From the human T2T-CHM13v2.0 reference genome, Homo sapiens: a DNA stretch of 64,000 bases. This document shows positions 15,503 to 33,300 of this stretch, piece by piece. The stretch is from the NCBI RefSeq assembly GCF_009914755.1, contig NC_060941.1. One strand, 5' to 3'. The position numbers and the translations under genes are program-made. The notes under the pieces are model-generated. The model made no database searches, was not told where the DNA came from, and saw nothing but the letters and a program-made list of their open reading frames with translations. Each line of letters starts with the position of its first letter. Position 1 is the first letter of the stretch.

Positions 15503-16132
15503 GGGCTGGCTCAGCCATTTGATGCCCTAACCACAGAAACAAGTTTGTATCCTTAAATTTCATACATATTAGAAAGAGGCAGTAGAGGAGCTACATGCAT
15601 GGTGTTTAAGGAAATCAACTTCACTGCAAATGTGGGTATTCTGAAAGAAGAAAGAGTTGAAGCTATGAGAATGAATGAAATCAGCGAGGGAGAGCAAGTA
15701 GGGCTAGAAGGCTGTTCACCGTCTAGGTGAACAGAGAGAGACAGCGTGAGAATAGACCAATGGAGGGAAGATTAGTGGAGCATCATACCCCAGCAGTCAC
15801 AGGAAGAGAGCTTCGGTGGGTCAGATGGTCAACAGTATCAAAATATTCAACAGAGACCACTCTGTGGGTTTTCAAATGATAGGATACACATCAGCAGTCC
15901 TCTGGGAAGAAAATGTCTTCTCCCATATACAGAGACCCTCATACCATTTGGGGACATTGCCCCAAAAGGACGGGCTTTGGCGTGAAAGAACATTTCTACC
16001 CCGGCTGTTTGTGTGCTGTCATCCCAGGTCAGGGCTGAATAATGACCACTTGGTAGACCTGGTGCTCACAGAGCCTTCATTTGGTTGTATAAGGGGCCAA
16101 ATTCACCTCTCGATTTCCTTTTTTCCTTTCAG

Positions 16133-16264
16133 AATGCAGTTTCCAAGTACGGCTCTCAGTTCCAAGGCAATTCCCAGCACGACGCCCTGGAATTCCTGCT
16201 CTGGTTGCTGGATCGTGTACATGAGGACCTGGAGGGTTCATCCCGAGGGCCGGTGTCGGAGAAG
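16133..16264 (+). CDS. USP43: USP43 exon 2 (132 nt): NAVSKYGSQFQGNSQHDALEFLLWLLDRVHEDLEGSSRGPVSEK
   Basis: cctttcag acceptor; USP QQD/QHDAxEF box; donor AAG|gtcggt; phase 0-0. Confidence 0.96.
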
Positions 16265-16911
16265 GTCGGTCACTCTCAAAACAACACAATGTACTGGGTT
16301 TTCTTTTTTTCTTTTAAATATTGACTCAGCTCCTCAAAACTGAATCTTGAAATTGAGATTCTTAGATTCCTATATAGTCTGGCTACTATATCCACAGTCT
16401 GTTCCCTGCTTCCTTCTCTTAGCTGTGTTTGTTTTACACAAGGCGTTTCCTTCCATTCCAGTATTTCTCATTCTCTTTGTCCCAGTGATATAATGAATAG
16501 AGTTTCATTTTGGCTCAAAATAAGAAAAGTCTTTTCTTTGGTTTGTATTCCGTACATTAGTGTGGTCATCCAAGGCCATGAGTACCGTTCCTTATTATTT
16601 GCAGATGGTACCATTTGAACTCTACCATTGCTTTCTCAGTTATGTATTCTACAGAGTACCAACTGTTAAACTTTTCCTCTCACGACACAGGATGGATGAT
16701 TTTTACACATGTGCATTTAGCATCCCCAGGTTTTGATGGAACCCCAAACCTTTCAGAGGAGGAAAGCACTACAATCATTTGTCATAAGCACAGCTAATTG
16801 ATACATCAGGCGCAGTCTTTATGGACTTTGCTCAATGATGGCTTATGCTCTAATGCTAGTCCTTTATCTTGTACTTAAGAAAGTGAAAGTGAATGAAGTT
16901 ACTATATTATG

Positions 16912-17592
16912 AAAGCATTCATCCATTCTCACACTGCTATAAAGAAATACCTGAGGCCGGGCGCGGTGACTCACGCCTGTAATCCCAGCACTTTGGAAGG
17001 CTGAGGCAGGTAGATCACTTGAGGTCAGGAGTTCAAGACCAGCCTGGCCAAGATGGCGAAACCCCATCTCTATTAGTAATATAAAAATGAGCCAGGTGTG
17101 GTGGCATGCTCCTGTAATCTCAGCTACTCGGGAGGCTGAGGCAGGAGAATCCTTTGAATGTGGGAGGTGGAGTGAGCTGAGAACGCACCGTTGCACTCCA
17201 GCCTGGGTGACATAGTGAAACTCCGTCTCAAAAAAAAAAGAAAAGAAAAAAAAGGAGACATACCTGAGACTGGGTAATTTATAAGGGAAAGAGATTTAAT
17301 TGACTTACAGTTCCACATGGCTGGGGAGGCCTCAGGAAACTTACAATCATGGTGGAAGGAGAAGTACGTACCTCCTTCACAAGGTGGCAGGAAAGAGAGA
17401 GAGTGAGGGGGAACAGCCCTTATAAAACCATCAGATCTCAGGAGAACTCACTCACAATCATAAGAACAGCATGGGGGAAACTTCCTCCATGATCCTATCA
17501 CCTCCCACCAGGCCCTCCCTCCACATGTGGGGATTATGGGGATTATAATTTGAGATGAGATTTGGGTGGGGACACAGAGCCAAACCATGTCA
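16912..17592 (-). mobile_element. MSTA-like MaLR solo LTR, interrupted by an Alu
   Basis: cacactgctataaagaaatacctgag|actgggtaattt...gggacacagagccaaaccatgtca. Confidence 0.85.
16955..17253 (+). mobile_element. Alu nested in the MST LTR
   Basis: TSD atacctgag on both sides. Confidence 0.9.
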
Positions 17593-17760
17593 ATGAGTGA
17601 GCAAAGTTATTTTAACAACATCTGTGAATAATCTGCTGTAATAGAAGAGAAGTTTCATGAGCTTTGATAATTCCATATCAATGAGTGAGCAAAGTTATTT
17701 TAACTACATCCACGAATAATCTGCTGTAATAGAAGAAAAGTTTCATGAGCTTTGATAATT
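17585..17760 (+). repeat. 88-bp tandem duplication (2 units)
   Basis: Units 17585-17672 and 17673-17760 differ at about 6 positions. Confidence 0.9.
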
Positions 17761-18409
17761 AATCAATAACACATACCTTTTGACGTATCACATGGCTGAT
17801 CCAGTTGCAGCCATGAGAACTGTTTTACCAGTTTTTTGGTTTTGTTTTAAATCTGGAAACATTATTCTCATTCTTTTCATTAATCAAATAAAAAAACCCT
17901 TGGAAAGTGCTTAGATCTTTCAACCATCACCTTCCCATCCCTTCAGTGTTTGCTCAGAGCCCGTCATTCTAGCGTAATAAAGAATGAACAGTGCAGGAAG
18001 CTTAGTCTTTTTTTTCCTTAAATTTGTCTGTTTCCTTTATGTTTTCCAACTGTTACCTTTCTATTTTTTTTCTCCCTTAAAATGTCAACTTACAACTTTA
18101 AGAAAAGGAAAACATAACTATATATGGTCCATGTATCAGAGAGATTGGGTAACCTTCTAAAGCCGCACAGCTAAGTAAAGGACAGAGTCAGGATTCAAGC
18201 CCAGGGGGGTCTGGTTTGAAAACCTATTTTCATATTTTAAAAATAATCACCCCAGTCATTCCCAAAACATACAAATGAAACGAAGCAAACAATCACCACA
18301 GTAAAACCTGGGAGGACCACACATTCAAAAGTCATGGTGGTTTCTCTGGGTTTTGAGATTAGGGGTGATTTCTTTTACTTACCATGATTTCCTGTTTATC
18401 TTATTCTGA

Positions 18410-18875
18410 CCCCTTTTCGTTGTGACAGAAATTTAACTTAGTCTCACTTAAGGAAAGGGCATTTATTGACTTTTATAACTTGTGAGTCCAAGGGTCAAAC
18501 CAGCTTCAGGTAGGGCTGGATCCAGGGACTCAGATCACGTCAACAGGTCTTTGACTATGTCTCTATCCCTTGTCTCTGGCTCCATTTTCAGACTGGCTCT
18601 GCCCAGATGGTAAGAAGATGGCCTTCTGCAATGCTCATGTAGTCTTTAGAGCTTGGGATTCCAGAAAAAGCCCAGGGAAGAGTCCGATTGTCTCAGCTTG
18701 GTTCACATGTCCATTCCTGGGCATGTGGCCAGAAGAATGGAATATTCTAATTGGGTGCAGCTGGGTTGCATGCCTGTGGGGGTGAACGTGGGCCAAGGAG
18801 AGCTTTTATAGAAATGGAACAGTTTGCTTCCCCAAAGAAAGGAATGCTGAGCAGATAAACATATGTCTACTATAC
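18410..18875 (-). mobile_element. Old MLT1-family MaLR LTR
   Basis: gtgacagaaa...cttcaggtagggctggatccagggactca motif. Confidence 0.6.
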
Positions 18876-19546
18876 TGTGTATTCCACAAGTTTATAGTGA
18901 ACACATTTTGAAATCAGAAGGATATATTTTTTAAAAAGATACTGTTTGTCGAATGTTTGTTATGTGCCAGGGGTGTAACTTGATGCTTTGCACAATTTAT
19001 TTCTCTACCTGACACAGAGTAGACAATAAACTCTTGAAGTGATTGACTAAATTAGTTATCATGCTTTACTATTATAAGGATAACTCCTATTTTACAGTTA
19101 ATGGAAATTTAGGTTAAGTTGCTCAAGGTCACTCAACTTCTACTTGGTGGAGATAGAATTGAACCTGGCTTTGTCTATTTCAAAGCCAGTGTGCTGGGTT
19201 CCTTTTCCTAAAGCTTTCCTCATGCTTTCTCAATTTCCCATGGCGGGAGAGAGGAGACTTAGAAATAGGTGGTACCTCTTTCTGCTGGCTGCGTAGGAAA
19301 AGCCCTCTTATCCTGTTTTTTTTACTCTCTCCTCTCCCTGGCTGTACCAGGCAGGTCTTCCTACTTGTAAGGTAGGTGGGATAGATAGCCTTTCCATTTT
19401 CCTTTTCTATCTCTTGGTAGCAGGAAAAGGCATTGATTGGGCTTAAGGGTGGAGAAGATCCCCGAGAGGTTAAGTAACTTGCCCCAAGTCACACAGTTAT
19501 TAAGTGAGAGAACTAGGACCCAAATCCAGCAAACTCAACTCTGTAA

Positions 19547-19795
19547 CAGGGTTCCTTAACTTCAACACTGTTGGATGTTTGTGGCCGTTTGATTCTTTTC
19601 TGAGAACGGCTGTCCTGTTCATGGTAGCATTAGTAGATGCCAGTCTAGATGCCAGTCTAGTAGGCATCTAGACTAGGCATTTGACTATTTGTGATAGCCA
19701 AAAATGTCTTCAGAGATTGCCAAATGTCCTTTGGGATGGGAATGGGGATGGTGACAAAATCACCATTCCCCTAACCCAGTTGAGAGCTACTGCTC
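19547..19795. mobile_element. MER20 DNA transposon
   Basis: ccaaaaatgtcttcagagattgccaaatgtcc...ccagttgagagctactg. Confidence 0.75.
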
Positions 19796-19850
19796 TAGAA
19801 CCTTTGTTTCTTGCTGTGGTGCACCACCCCCAGACCTTTCTTTAAGATAA

Positions 19851-20178
<328 letters not shown>

Positions 20179-21073
20179 AATAATTCTTTTTAACAACTTC
20201 AAGACACAAGTAAAAGCAGCCATAATTGGTTTTCCAATTTTGAATATGTCCCATTGCAATATACTCCACACCACCACTAGATAGAAAGGAAATAAGAGCT
20301 TGTCCCTCTTCTGCTTAAATTCCCCCACTGGATTCCAATAGCACGTAGAACAAAATTCAGACTCCTATGTGACTGACAGGGCCCAGCCTGATTCCAGACC
20401 CCTCTGCCCCTCGCTCCCTGGCCTTGATCTCTCCAGCTGCTTCCTGTTCCTTAAGGGGCCAGGCATGTTAGGAGTAGACCAGCCAGGCAAGACCAGGGGG
20501 TGGCTATTGGCTAGAGAGAGGAGCTTACCCCACCCTTGGTTTGACCTGATTGAAACCAGAAAAGATCTCTTTCTCTGTCTGGGGTCAAAGCCTCTCCTCA
20601 AATTTGCTCTCAGAAAATTGGGCTGCCTGCGGAGGCCCGGCTGTGTACGCTTGAAGGTAGAGAACAGAGCTGTTGGGATTATCCGGCGTGAAACTTCATT
20701 TTCCCTTTCCTAGAAGGAAAGCCACTGTCCTCTGTGAAACTCTGATTTTTTTTCTCTTTGAGGTTATTTCTGTTTTTAAGACATAGGAAAGCTATGTAGC
20801 TAGATTTATTTGAAACTGGAATAAAAACCATAAGGGCCGCTTTCTTTTCTGTTAATTTACTGATCCTCAAATGTTTTCATCCTGCAAAGAGGGCACATTT
20901 TTATTACCCTGTTAGAAACCCTAACACAATCTTTTTGTCAGTTTGCTTTCCAGAAAATGCCGCTCTTGCAGAATTAAGTAGGGGATGAGGCTGGGGAGAA
21001 GATAAGGAAGTTGACATATATTAAACACTGACTATGTGCAGGGAAGATACACAATACATGTCATCTCTTGGGA

Positions 21074-21394
<321 letters not shown>

Positions 21395-21589
21395 TGATTT
21401 TAATGGTAGTTCCATGAAATTGATGTGTTAGATGTAGAGTGAGACTCAGAGAGAGAGGCTGTCATTCAGCTAACAGAGCAGAGCCAGCGTGAATGACCCC
21501 CTGCTGCCCCTCACTCCAGCCTCTTTCAGGGTTTTCTTTCTCCATACCCTTCCCTGGGTGATCCTGTCCATAGCCCCTCCCAGTGCTGT

Positions 21590-22040
21590 TCAGTGTCATT
21601 GAACCCATTGAATTCTTGGGTTGCAAGCAACAGCAACCGACCTGAGCTGACTCCAACAAGAAGGGAACTTAGGAGAAGGCCAAGGAGCCCCACGCTCAAT
21701 GACAGGGAAAGCTGAAGGACCAGCTTGGAACTGTCAAGAATCAGGCAGCTGTGAGGGTATCTCAGCAGCAGGAACTGCTCCATTCTCTTCCCTGGACAGC
21801 ACAGCCCACACAAATGTTTTCAGTCTTTGGCCACTCTGTTCATGATTCACGTTCAGAGTAGGAGCATCTCAGTGTGGCTTGCTTGGGTCATGGGCCTATT
21901 CCTTGGTAGGTGAGGGCAGGACCCCTGATTAAAGAGCCCTCCCCATGCATGGACTGGATTCAGGGTTCCAAAACAGGGGTTGCTACTACCAAAGGAGGAG
22001 GAGTGGATACGGGGCAGTCAAAATAGGCTAGGGTCCGCTA
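21590..22040 (-). mobile_element. Old MLT1-family LTR
   Basis: ttcttgggttgcaagcaacagcaacc motif; degenerate. Confidence 0.5.
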
Positions 22041-22550
22041 TGCATCCAAGTTACCTCCTCCAAGTGCCCTTCCCCTATTTGTCATGAATGTCTCTGCCTG
22101 GATATTGAGTCACCTCAAACCCAGCATGCCCATCCCAAACCCACGTCTCCTTTTGACTTTACCTCTCTGTGAATGGAACGGGGGTTCTCCAGGCACCAGA
22201 CTGGATCCTTGGAGTTGATCACGTTCCTCCACTCCCACAGTTGGGGGCCGAGTGGTGAGCTACGTCCACAGGTGTCCTGAATCCATCCCTCCTTTTCATC
22301 TTCATGTCTCCTGTTCTACCTTATCCTGTTGTTTCCTGAACCCTTGAGCCTCCTAATCTGTGTCCTAACCTCCAAACTTATGCTTCTTCATCTGGGAGTC
22401 AGTAGCTGCCAAGTTAAAGCATCTCTCCGAGCATGTTGCTACCATCTGAGTTCAAAACTCATCAGGTACTCCTCCTTGTGTAATAACAACTGCCACCTAC
22501 ACTGTGCTTTGTACCAGACATGTTTCTAAGTGTTTTGTATATATGATCTC

Positions 22551-22847
<297 letters not shown>

Positions 22848-23000
22848 TTATGTTTTATATATATATATAACTCTTTAAATACTCAGAGCATCCCTATCAG
22901 ACAGGTACTGTCATTATCCCTTTATTATAGTTGAGAAATCATGGAGCAAAGAGATTAAGTAACTTTTTTAGCCGGATCAGAGCAGTCGAGTAACTTGTAG

Positions 23001-23712
<712 letters not shown>

Positions 23713-24365
23713 TAGGACATAGAAGCCCCCACCCACTGTGGCACCAGACTCACTTTCCAGCCCTGTTTTCTACTTCCCTTTGCACTTCCTGTATTCTAGG
23801 GAAACTGGGTGTCATAAAATATTAGGACATATAAGAATGACCATTTTGAGCACTCATAACTTGTCTCAATATTTTATTATGAAAAATTTCAAACATATGG
23901 AAAAGTTGAATTAATTATGCAGTAAACACTCCTCCCCATCACCTAGATTCTACAACTTACGTTGTACTAAATTTGCTTTATCACGCATTTACCCATCTGT
24001 CTCTCTATCCACTCATTACTCATATCTTTTTTTCCCCTCATCTTATTTTCTTGGATGTACTTTGAAGTAAATTGCACACCTTACCCAAGACGCTTCACAT
24101 ATGTTCCTTTTGCCTGGTTCTGTCGTCTGCTTTCTAAAATCCTTCAACATTTACCCCTAATGTCACCCAGGTCTTTACGTACACCTCACTGCCTGCCTGT
24201 TCTTCTAAAGGTATATATAGACAGGTGCACGATGTATCTATGGTATTCAAGTTTCATGGTGGAAATGTTAGGAAAAATTGTCTAAAAAGACTCCATGGGG
24301 GGAGTGATGATGAAAAAGTTGAGAGGTGCTGCTCTAGGGCATATTTTATGTGGGGCCTTGCATAG

Positions 24366-24666
<301 letters not shown>

Positions 24667-24937
24667 AATATTTATATAGGTACGTTTATATTTTACTAAA
24701 TAGCGTTATATTATGAGTGGCTTTGATTCTGGGATTGCCCTTAGGGACAGACCTCTTCCAGGGCAGAAATTTTGGCATAACAGGGCCTTAATCAAAATAT
24801 TGTGTCCCATGTGTGGTAGGGAATGGGCAGGGGGTGAAGAATAAATTTAGGGAAACTAGAAAGGTCATATAACTCATTTTGGAAGGGATAGGGGTCCAGA
24901 GGAGTTTGGTGGCATTAGGGCACACAGAAGCCCTGAG

Positions 24938-25810
24938 GTGAGATAGGCTAAAAAATGACCCCCAAAGATATGAGGTCCTAATCGCTGCATCTTGTAGATG
25001 TTGTCTGTATTAGTCTGTTTTCACACTGCTATAAAGGAATACCTGAGACTGGGTAACTTACAAAAGAAAGAGGTTTAATTGACTCACAGTTCCACATGAC
25101 TGGGGAGGCCTCAGGAAACTTACAGTCATGGTGGAAGGGGAAGCAGGCACCGTCTTCACAAGGTGTCAGGAGAGAGAGGAGTGAGCAGCAAAGGGGGAAG
25201 CACCCCTTATAAAACCATCAGATCTCATGAGAACTCACTCACTAACACGAGAACAGCATGGGGGAACCGCCCCCATGATCCAATCACCTCCCACCAGGTC
25301 TCTCTCTAGACATGTGGGGATTGTGGGGATTACAATTGAAGATGAGATTTGGGTAGGGACACAGCCAAATTATATCATTACCTTCTATGGTAAAGACTTT
25401 GGAGATGTGATTAAGAATCTTGAGATGGGGTCATTAACCTGGATTATCCCAGTGGGCCCTAAATGCACTACCAGTGTTCTTGTGAAAGAGAAGCTGGGGG
25501 AAATTTGAGACACACACAGGAGAAAGCTATGTGAAGACAGAGCAGAGAGAGAGTTGAAGATGCTAGGCTTGAAAACTGGAGTGATGTGGTCACAAGCCAA
25601 GGAATGCCGGCAGCCACCAGAGTTGAAAGAGTCAAGGAACAGACTCTCATCTAGAGCCTCCGGAGGGAGTGCAGCCCTGCCAACACCTTGATTTCAGTGC
25701 CGTGATACTGATTTTGGATGTCTGCTCGTGAGAACTGTGAGAGAGTAAGCTATTGTTTACAGCCCCCAGTTTGTGATAATTTGCTGTCACAGCCACAGGA
25801 AACAAGGAAA
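24938..25810 (+). mobile_element. MLT1C/D-like MaLR LTR, interrupted by an MST LTR
   Basis: ccccaaagatat...|...gactttggagatgtgattaag...gccaaggaatgccggcagccaccagag...gccacaggaaac. Confidence 0.75.
25006..25377 (-). mobile_element. MSTA-like solo LTR nested in MLT1
   Basis: TGTATTAGTC...TATATCA termini; MST internal motifs. Confidence 0.87.
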
Positions 25811-26377
25811 TGCAAGGGGAATGAAAAGGACAGCAGGACTGATGGACAGAGTGAAGGAAGCTTGTGTACCAAATTGAAAAACGAAAAGCCTCATTTGCCT
25901 GCAAAAGAGAATACTCATGTGAAACTGACTCCTGAGAAAATGTGGGCAGGAATGATTTAGCAGGCAGGTGGAAGGTGGAGAGATTTGGTGTGGATGCGTT
26001 TGAGGTGATGGCAAGCCCACCCAATAAATATACGAGAGGCATCTAGACATTGAAGCCGAGTGGGACAGAAATAACGCGCAGGGCCGTCCATCCAGGGGGA
26101 ACGGGTGAGGCTGGTGAGAATGAGCGAGCATCCACCAAGGTTCAGGCTCAGGTTTGCTCTTTTAATGCACACACACTTCTTGTCCCAGAGAATTTGGGAG
26201 GTCAGGGGATTGAAAGAGCCTTGAGTTATGGTAAAGGCAGCACTGAAGGTTGAGACTCTACAGAGGCCCAGAAAGGGATGATGCGGGCCCAGGAGGAAGC
26301 ATGGGCTCGGTGGTCTGGAAGCAGTTGAGTGATGAGAGGTGTATCTAATCTGGCTTCCTTTCCTCATTTCTTTGCAG

Positions 26378-26481
26378 CTTCCGCCTGAAGCCACTAAAAC
26401 CTCTGAGAACTGCCTGTCACCATCAGCTCAGCTTCCTCTAGGTCAAAGCTTTGTGCAAAGCCACTTTCAAGCACAATATAG
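26378..26481 (+). CDS. USP43: USP43 exon 3 (104 nt): LPPEATKTSENCLSPSAQLPLGQSFVQSHFQAQY(R)
   Basis: tttgcag acceptor; AG|gtaaga donor; frame continuous with exons 2 and 4; SFVxxxF motif of USP box 3. Confidence 0.93.
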
Positions 26482-26893
26482 GTAAGATGGGGATGTGTTT
26501 AGAATGTATCACCCGAGGGCTCCGCAGACTCAATTCCTGGTAACCAGTCTCCCATTGACAGATTTACCCTGAGATTTCAAAACAACAAAACCACAAACAC
26601 CCTTCTCTCTCCCATTATAAATCCTGATTAAGCACACACTCCTGTTGTCTCTGACCTTTGGTATTTCTTCTTTTCCTTCTTCTTGGCTTCTGAGCTCTCC
26701 ACCTTACTTGAAGGAGGGGTGATAAGAGGATGATTCCACAGAAGGTAAATGTGAGCTGGGATCTCACTAGCAAGCAGTCACTCTGAAGTTGGAGAGACCC
26801 TTCCTGTTTGTTCTCTCTCCAGAGAGCCCAACTTAACAAGTCATTCTGAGCTCAAGAGTTCCAAGCGTTATGGAGGATATAAAAATGTATGTA

Positions 26894-27160
26894 CAGCCTG
26901 GGCAACATAGGGAGACCCCATCTGTACCAAAAAAAACCACAAAAAACAAAAACAAAACCTAGCCGGGTGTGGCACGTGCCTGTGGTCCCAGCTACTCGGG
27001 AGGCTGAGATAGGAGGATTGCTTGGACCCAGGAGGTCAAGGCTGTGATCGAGGCTGGCGTACAGTGAGCCGTGATCGCACCACTGTACTCCAGCCTGGGC
27101 AACAGAGTGAAACCCTATCTCAAAAAAAAAGTAAATAAATAAATAAACAAACAATAAAAA
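26894..27160 (+). mobile_element. 5'-truncated AluJ-like
   Basis: Alu consensus with A-rich tail; TSD-like tacagcct. Confidence 0.85.
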
Positions 27161-27494
27161 AAGTTATACAGCCTTTGACTTCAGAAAGTATGTGTTCTCT
27201 TTGAGCTTTTATATGTGAAAGTGCAGAGATTCATACAAGGCAGAATCGTTTCAATATTATAATGTTCAGTGAAAGCGCTGACAGCAGTGAAAGGTCAGAG
27301 AGGGGAGAAAACCCCATGGACTTCTCAGAGGAAGTGTGCCTTTTGTTGGCCTCTGCAGGATGAATAGAAGTACGAATGGGTAGGAAGATAGTCAACAGGA
27401 ACAAATGCAAGCTTAAAGGTGGGAATGAGCACAGTGGTCGGGATTTAGACGAGGAAGCCATTGGTTACAGAGAGCCTCCTCTAAGATGCTTGCC

Positions 27495-27601
27495 TGTGTG
27501 TGTATATGTGTGTGTGCATGTGTGCGTGCACGTGTGCGCGTGTCTGTGTGTTGCCAATATATATAATCATGCGTTTATATGTGTGTGTGTGTCTATATAT
27601 A
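27495..27601. repeat. (TG/TA/CG)n alternating purine-pyrimidine microsatellite
   Basis: Seen directly. Confidence 0.85.
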
Positions 27602-28527
27602 TTTTAAGCCTTACAAAAGTCTCAGGGGATGAGTATTAAAATTTGGGAAGTTGGGCTTTTTCTACAGACACATGGTAAGTGGCAGAACCAGGATTTGTCC
27701 CCTGAAATATGTCTAAAGCACAAGTCCTGCCTTTTTGCCTTCTTTGCAATTTTTCTGTTTTTCCAGCTAACCTTGTTCATTCACTGTGATTCTCTGCTGC
27801 TCCTTCAATTTCACAGGAACTCTGTTCTCTATTATGGATACCAAAACAAGTTTTTTGTATTTTTCTTCTGGATGTTGCACTAAATCATTTCGAAGCCATG
27901 CTTTTCTCCGAGTCGTCTGGATAATATTTCCTTTGCATTTCTCTGCAGTGGTTTTTTGGAGGTCTCCAGGTGGTTTTCTTCTCTTATTGACTTCTCTTCA
28001 AACAAGGAGATAATTATTCAGTCTTCTAGAATTTCCTTGCTTATAGCCATTTACTTCCATACTTTTTGGGGATTTGTATTCTTTGTGTTTGCACAGCAAG
28101 AGGTCACTTAAAACTGCCCGGAAACTATCCTGATTTAGGATTCATGTTATATTCAATAACCACTGAAAAGATAAATAGGATATAATTACTGTCTTTAGAG
28201 GCTGATTGTTTATTTAGGAAGACCAAATAGTCTTTGAAACTAAGCTGCTTTCCACTGGTGAAGAAAAATCTATAGCACTTGACAAGTTCTCTCACGCTCT
28301 GCCTCACCAGGGACAGGGACCCTGAAGAAACAGCCGGGATGACTGCGGGCTCTTCGTTCCTGCTTGCTTGAGGTTGTTTAGTATACAGGGTAAAGAGGAT
28401 CTCACCTCTATGAGCTCAGATTTCTCTGTCATGCCTGAAGAAAGCCTTGCTCATTTCCTGAGGGATGTGGTAACTCTCCAGGAGGTATGCAGAGAGGAAA
28501 CCTAGATTTTGTGGTCACCAGCCTTGA

Positions 28528-28872
<345 letters not shown>

Positions 28873-29219
28873 CGGGCATCTGTCTCCTCTTCAGGTGCCC
28901 AACGCAGAGGGTGCTAGAACCAAAAATAAGGAGACAGAGGAAAAGCATAGAGAAAGTGAAAGAAGAACATTTAGAACAAGGGAAAGGGGAGTATAAGGTG
29001 AAGGCATGTTAGAGAGAGGGGAGAGATCACTGATCATCGCCAGCAGGTCGAATTCATCTGTGTGCTTGTACAATTAATTCACCTATTTCTCTATTCATTT
29101 CCCCTCTCGTCCACATACTCTTCTTCCTTCTTTCAAATATTCAAGTGCCTGCTAATGTGCTTGGTCCAATAGTTACCATGAGGAGTAGAACTCCTGGCTG
29201 AATCCTTGTTGATTCTTTA

Positions 29220-30500
<1,281 letters not shown>

Positions 30501-31659
30501 TTTGGGTATTTTTTCCTATAGCATGATGAGTAAGAGGCGAGGTGTTCACGCTAAAGATGAACTGGCAATGGCTAAAAATGCCAGCTTTGTGCCTGCTGAT
30601 AAAGACAAGGTGTCGTCAGGGATGCCTTGAGGTCTGAGGGGTGGTTTTCTGCAGTGGTCAGTGGGGGAAGTGCCTGGCTGGCGTCTCCTGCTGTCCCTGA
30701 CTCTCTCCTGGCTTCCTCTCCCTGGGGAGGGCTTGCCTGGGATGGCATCAGCCTTCTTGATGTAATTGAGAGATGGATGTTATTATGGGTTAATTCAGAG
30801 GCATCTTCCCTTAAACCCCTTTTAAGGGGCTGAGTTTTTGACTTTGGCTGGGGGAGAGAAAAGGAACCTCCAGTACTAGAGTACCGAAGATCCTGGACTA
30901 TAGCAAAGATATTTAGTTATTCTATGTGATTATCATCACAGTCTAAAAATGTCTGCAAGTCTAACGACCAACGATTGTGGCTATGTTGGAGTTTTGGCTG
31001 GAGGAGGGAGTGTGTGTGTGTGTGTGTGTGCACAAATTCTTCATGTCCTTCATAGCCTTTATCCACAGAAAGTCTAAGGATGTTTTTGAAGGCTTCCTCA
31101 GAACAGATCTTGGAAAGGTGAGATCTTGCTTACGTATTGGCATAATTACTGTTGTTTGCATAGACGTCAGATCCACTGTTCAGTGAGCAGGTAAAGTGGA
31201 CTGGGTTTGAGGTGAAAGATGTGTGTGTATTTGGCAGCAGTTAAAGGGCAGAGTGACAAGAAATTCAGGGGCAAAGCCTGGGGCTCTTTGGTGGGCGTTT
31301 GTAGCAGGTGGAAAAGCAAACCGCAGCCCTGAGTTTTAATAGCACTGACGGGATTAGCTTTGTTAACAGAAGCAATTTGACAAGGAGAATGAATACCTTA
31401 GGGAAATGGGCCTGTGAACATTGAAAGGCAGTGGGGTGATTTTCTGTTCCTTTTCCCCTTGAGTGCACTTGTGAGACAACAGGGCAGGACTGTGAATGTC
31501 CTGGAGGGAATGGGGAGAATGGAGGCATCCATCAGGCCACATAGGGGTATTGCTCTAGCCTGGTAACATGGGCAGAACTTTTTGTAAAAGTGAAGCTGCC
31601 TCTCCATCTTCTTCAGATCTGTTTGTCACATCAGTCTGTCCTGATTTCTGAACCTTTGA

Positions 31660-32025
<366 letters not shown>

Positions 32026-32954
32026 ATCGTTTTCATTCTTTCAATATAAAATTTGCCCATTCTACTTTTTTTCTACAAACCACTCATCGCTTGCTAGCTG
32101 ATAGGAGTTGGTGGCTCAATGTAAAAGTCATATTCCTGAACCAGTTTAATATGTCGCAATGCTTCAAGAAAAATGCAACCCAGCATAGTTTTGGTAGGCT
32201 GAAAAGCATGAAGACGTCAATGAAAAACATTCTCTCTCATTGGTTTATATACTTGTGAAATGGGAATTTGGGAATTTCCCAATGACCCAAGTATATCCTT
32301 CAGGCCAATTTTTTGCCTAGGTACGTGATGGACAGAGGTGGAGAAGGATTGGAGGAGAGACGCAGTGGCAGAGGAGACCCCAGAAATGTTGGATTTCTGG
32401 CTGGCTGGTGTTCACTGTCTGATACAATGCTTTCAACAAAAACACTACCATGGGTCTCCCAAAGGGAAATGACCTGAGGCAGCATGAGTGATGGAATGTC
32501 CAGTACTGGGGCCTGTTTCCTATAATCAGGTTGATGGTCTGATAAGTTGTATCCAAGATAACTGACTTAAATGGGCAGATCACCCAGGATTGCCTCGGGC
32601 GACACTCTCCTGTTTATGTTCCTGTTTGTCCCTGGATTTTCCTATTTGTCTGCTCAGTGGAAAACCAATCAAACGAGACGGGCACTTTCCACAAGGACTC
32701 AGGAAACCTGTTCTGATACCAACTTTGGCTTACTTGCTGACTTATCCCGGTAATGTCATACAGTGCTAAGAGTATAGACTTCAGAGTCAGACTGCCAGGG
32801 CGGTCTTGTTCTGTGTCCTCAGCGAAGTTAATGTAGATTTTAGGATTAGTAACATAGCATGCAGAAATCCCTTGTGTCTTGGAAGAATATGGTGCATTAT
32901 ATGATAAGAGAAAGAAAATTGGTATGTACATGTGGAATATAAAAGTTGCATTTC

Positions 32955-33300
<346 letters not shown>

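Noticed and set aside
16400-17990. AT-rich stretches (also about 46770-47690 and 48750-49140) that might be decayed hAT transposase remnants
   Set aside because: Only vague similarity by eye and no intact ORF or termini; needs a Dfam or RepeatMasker search.
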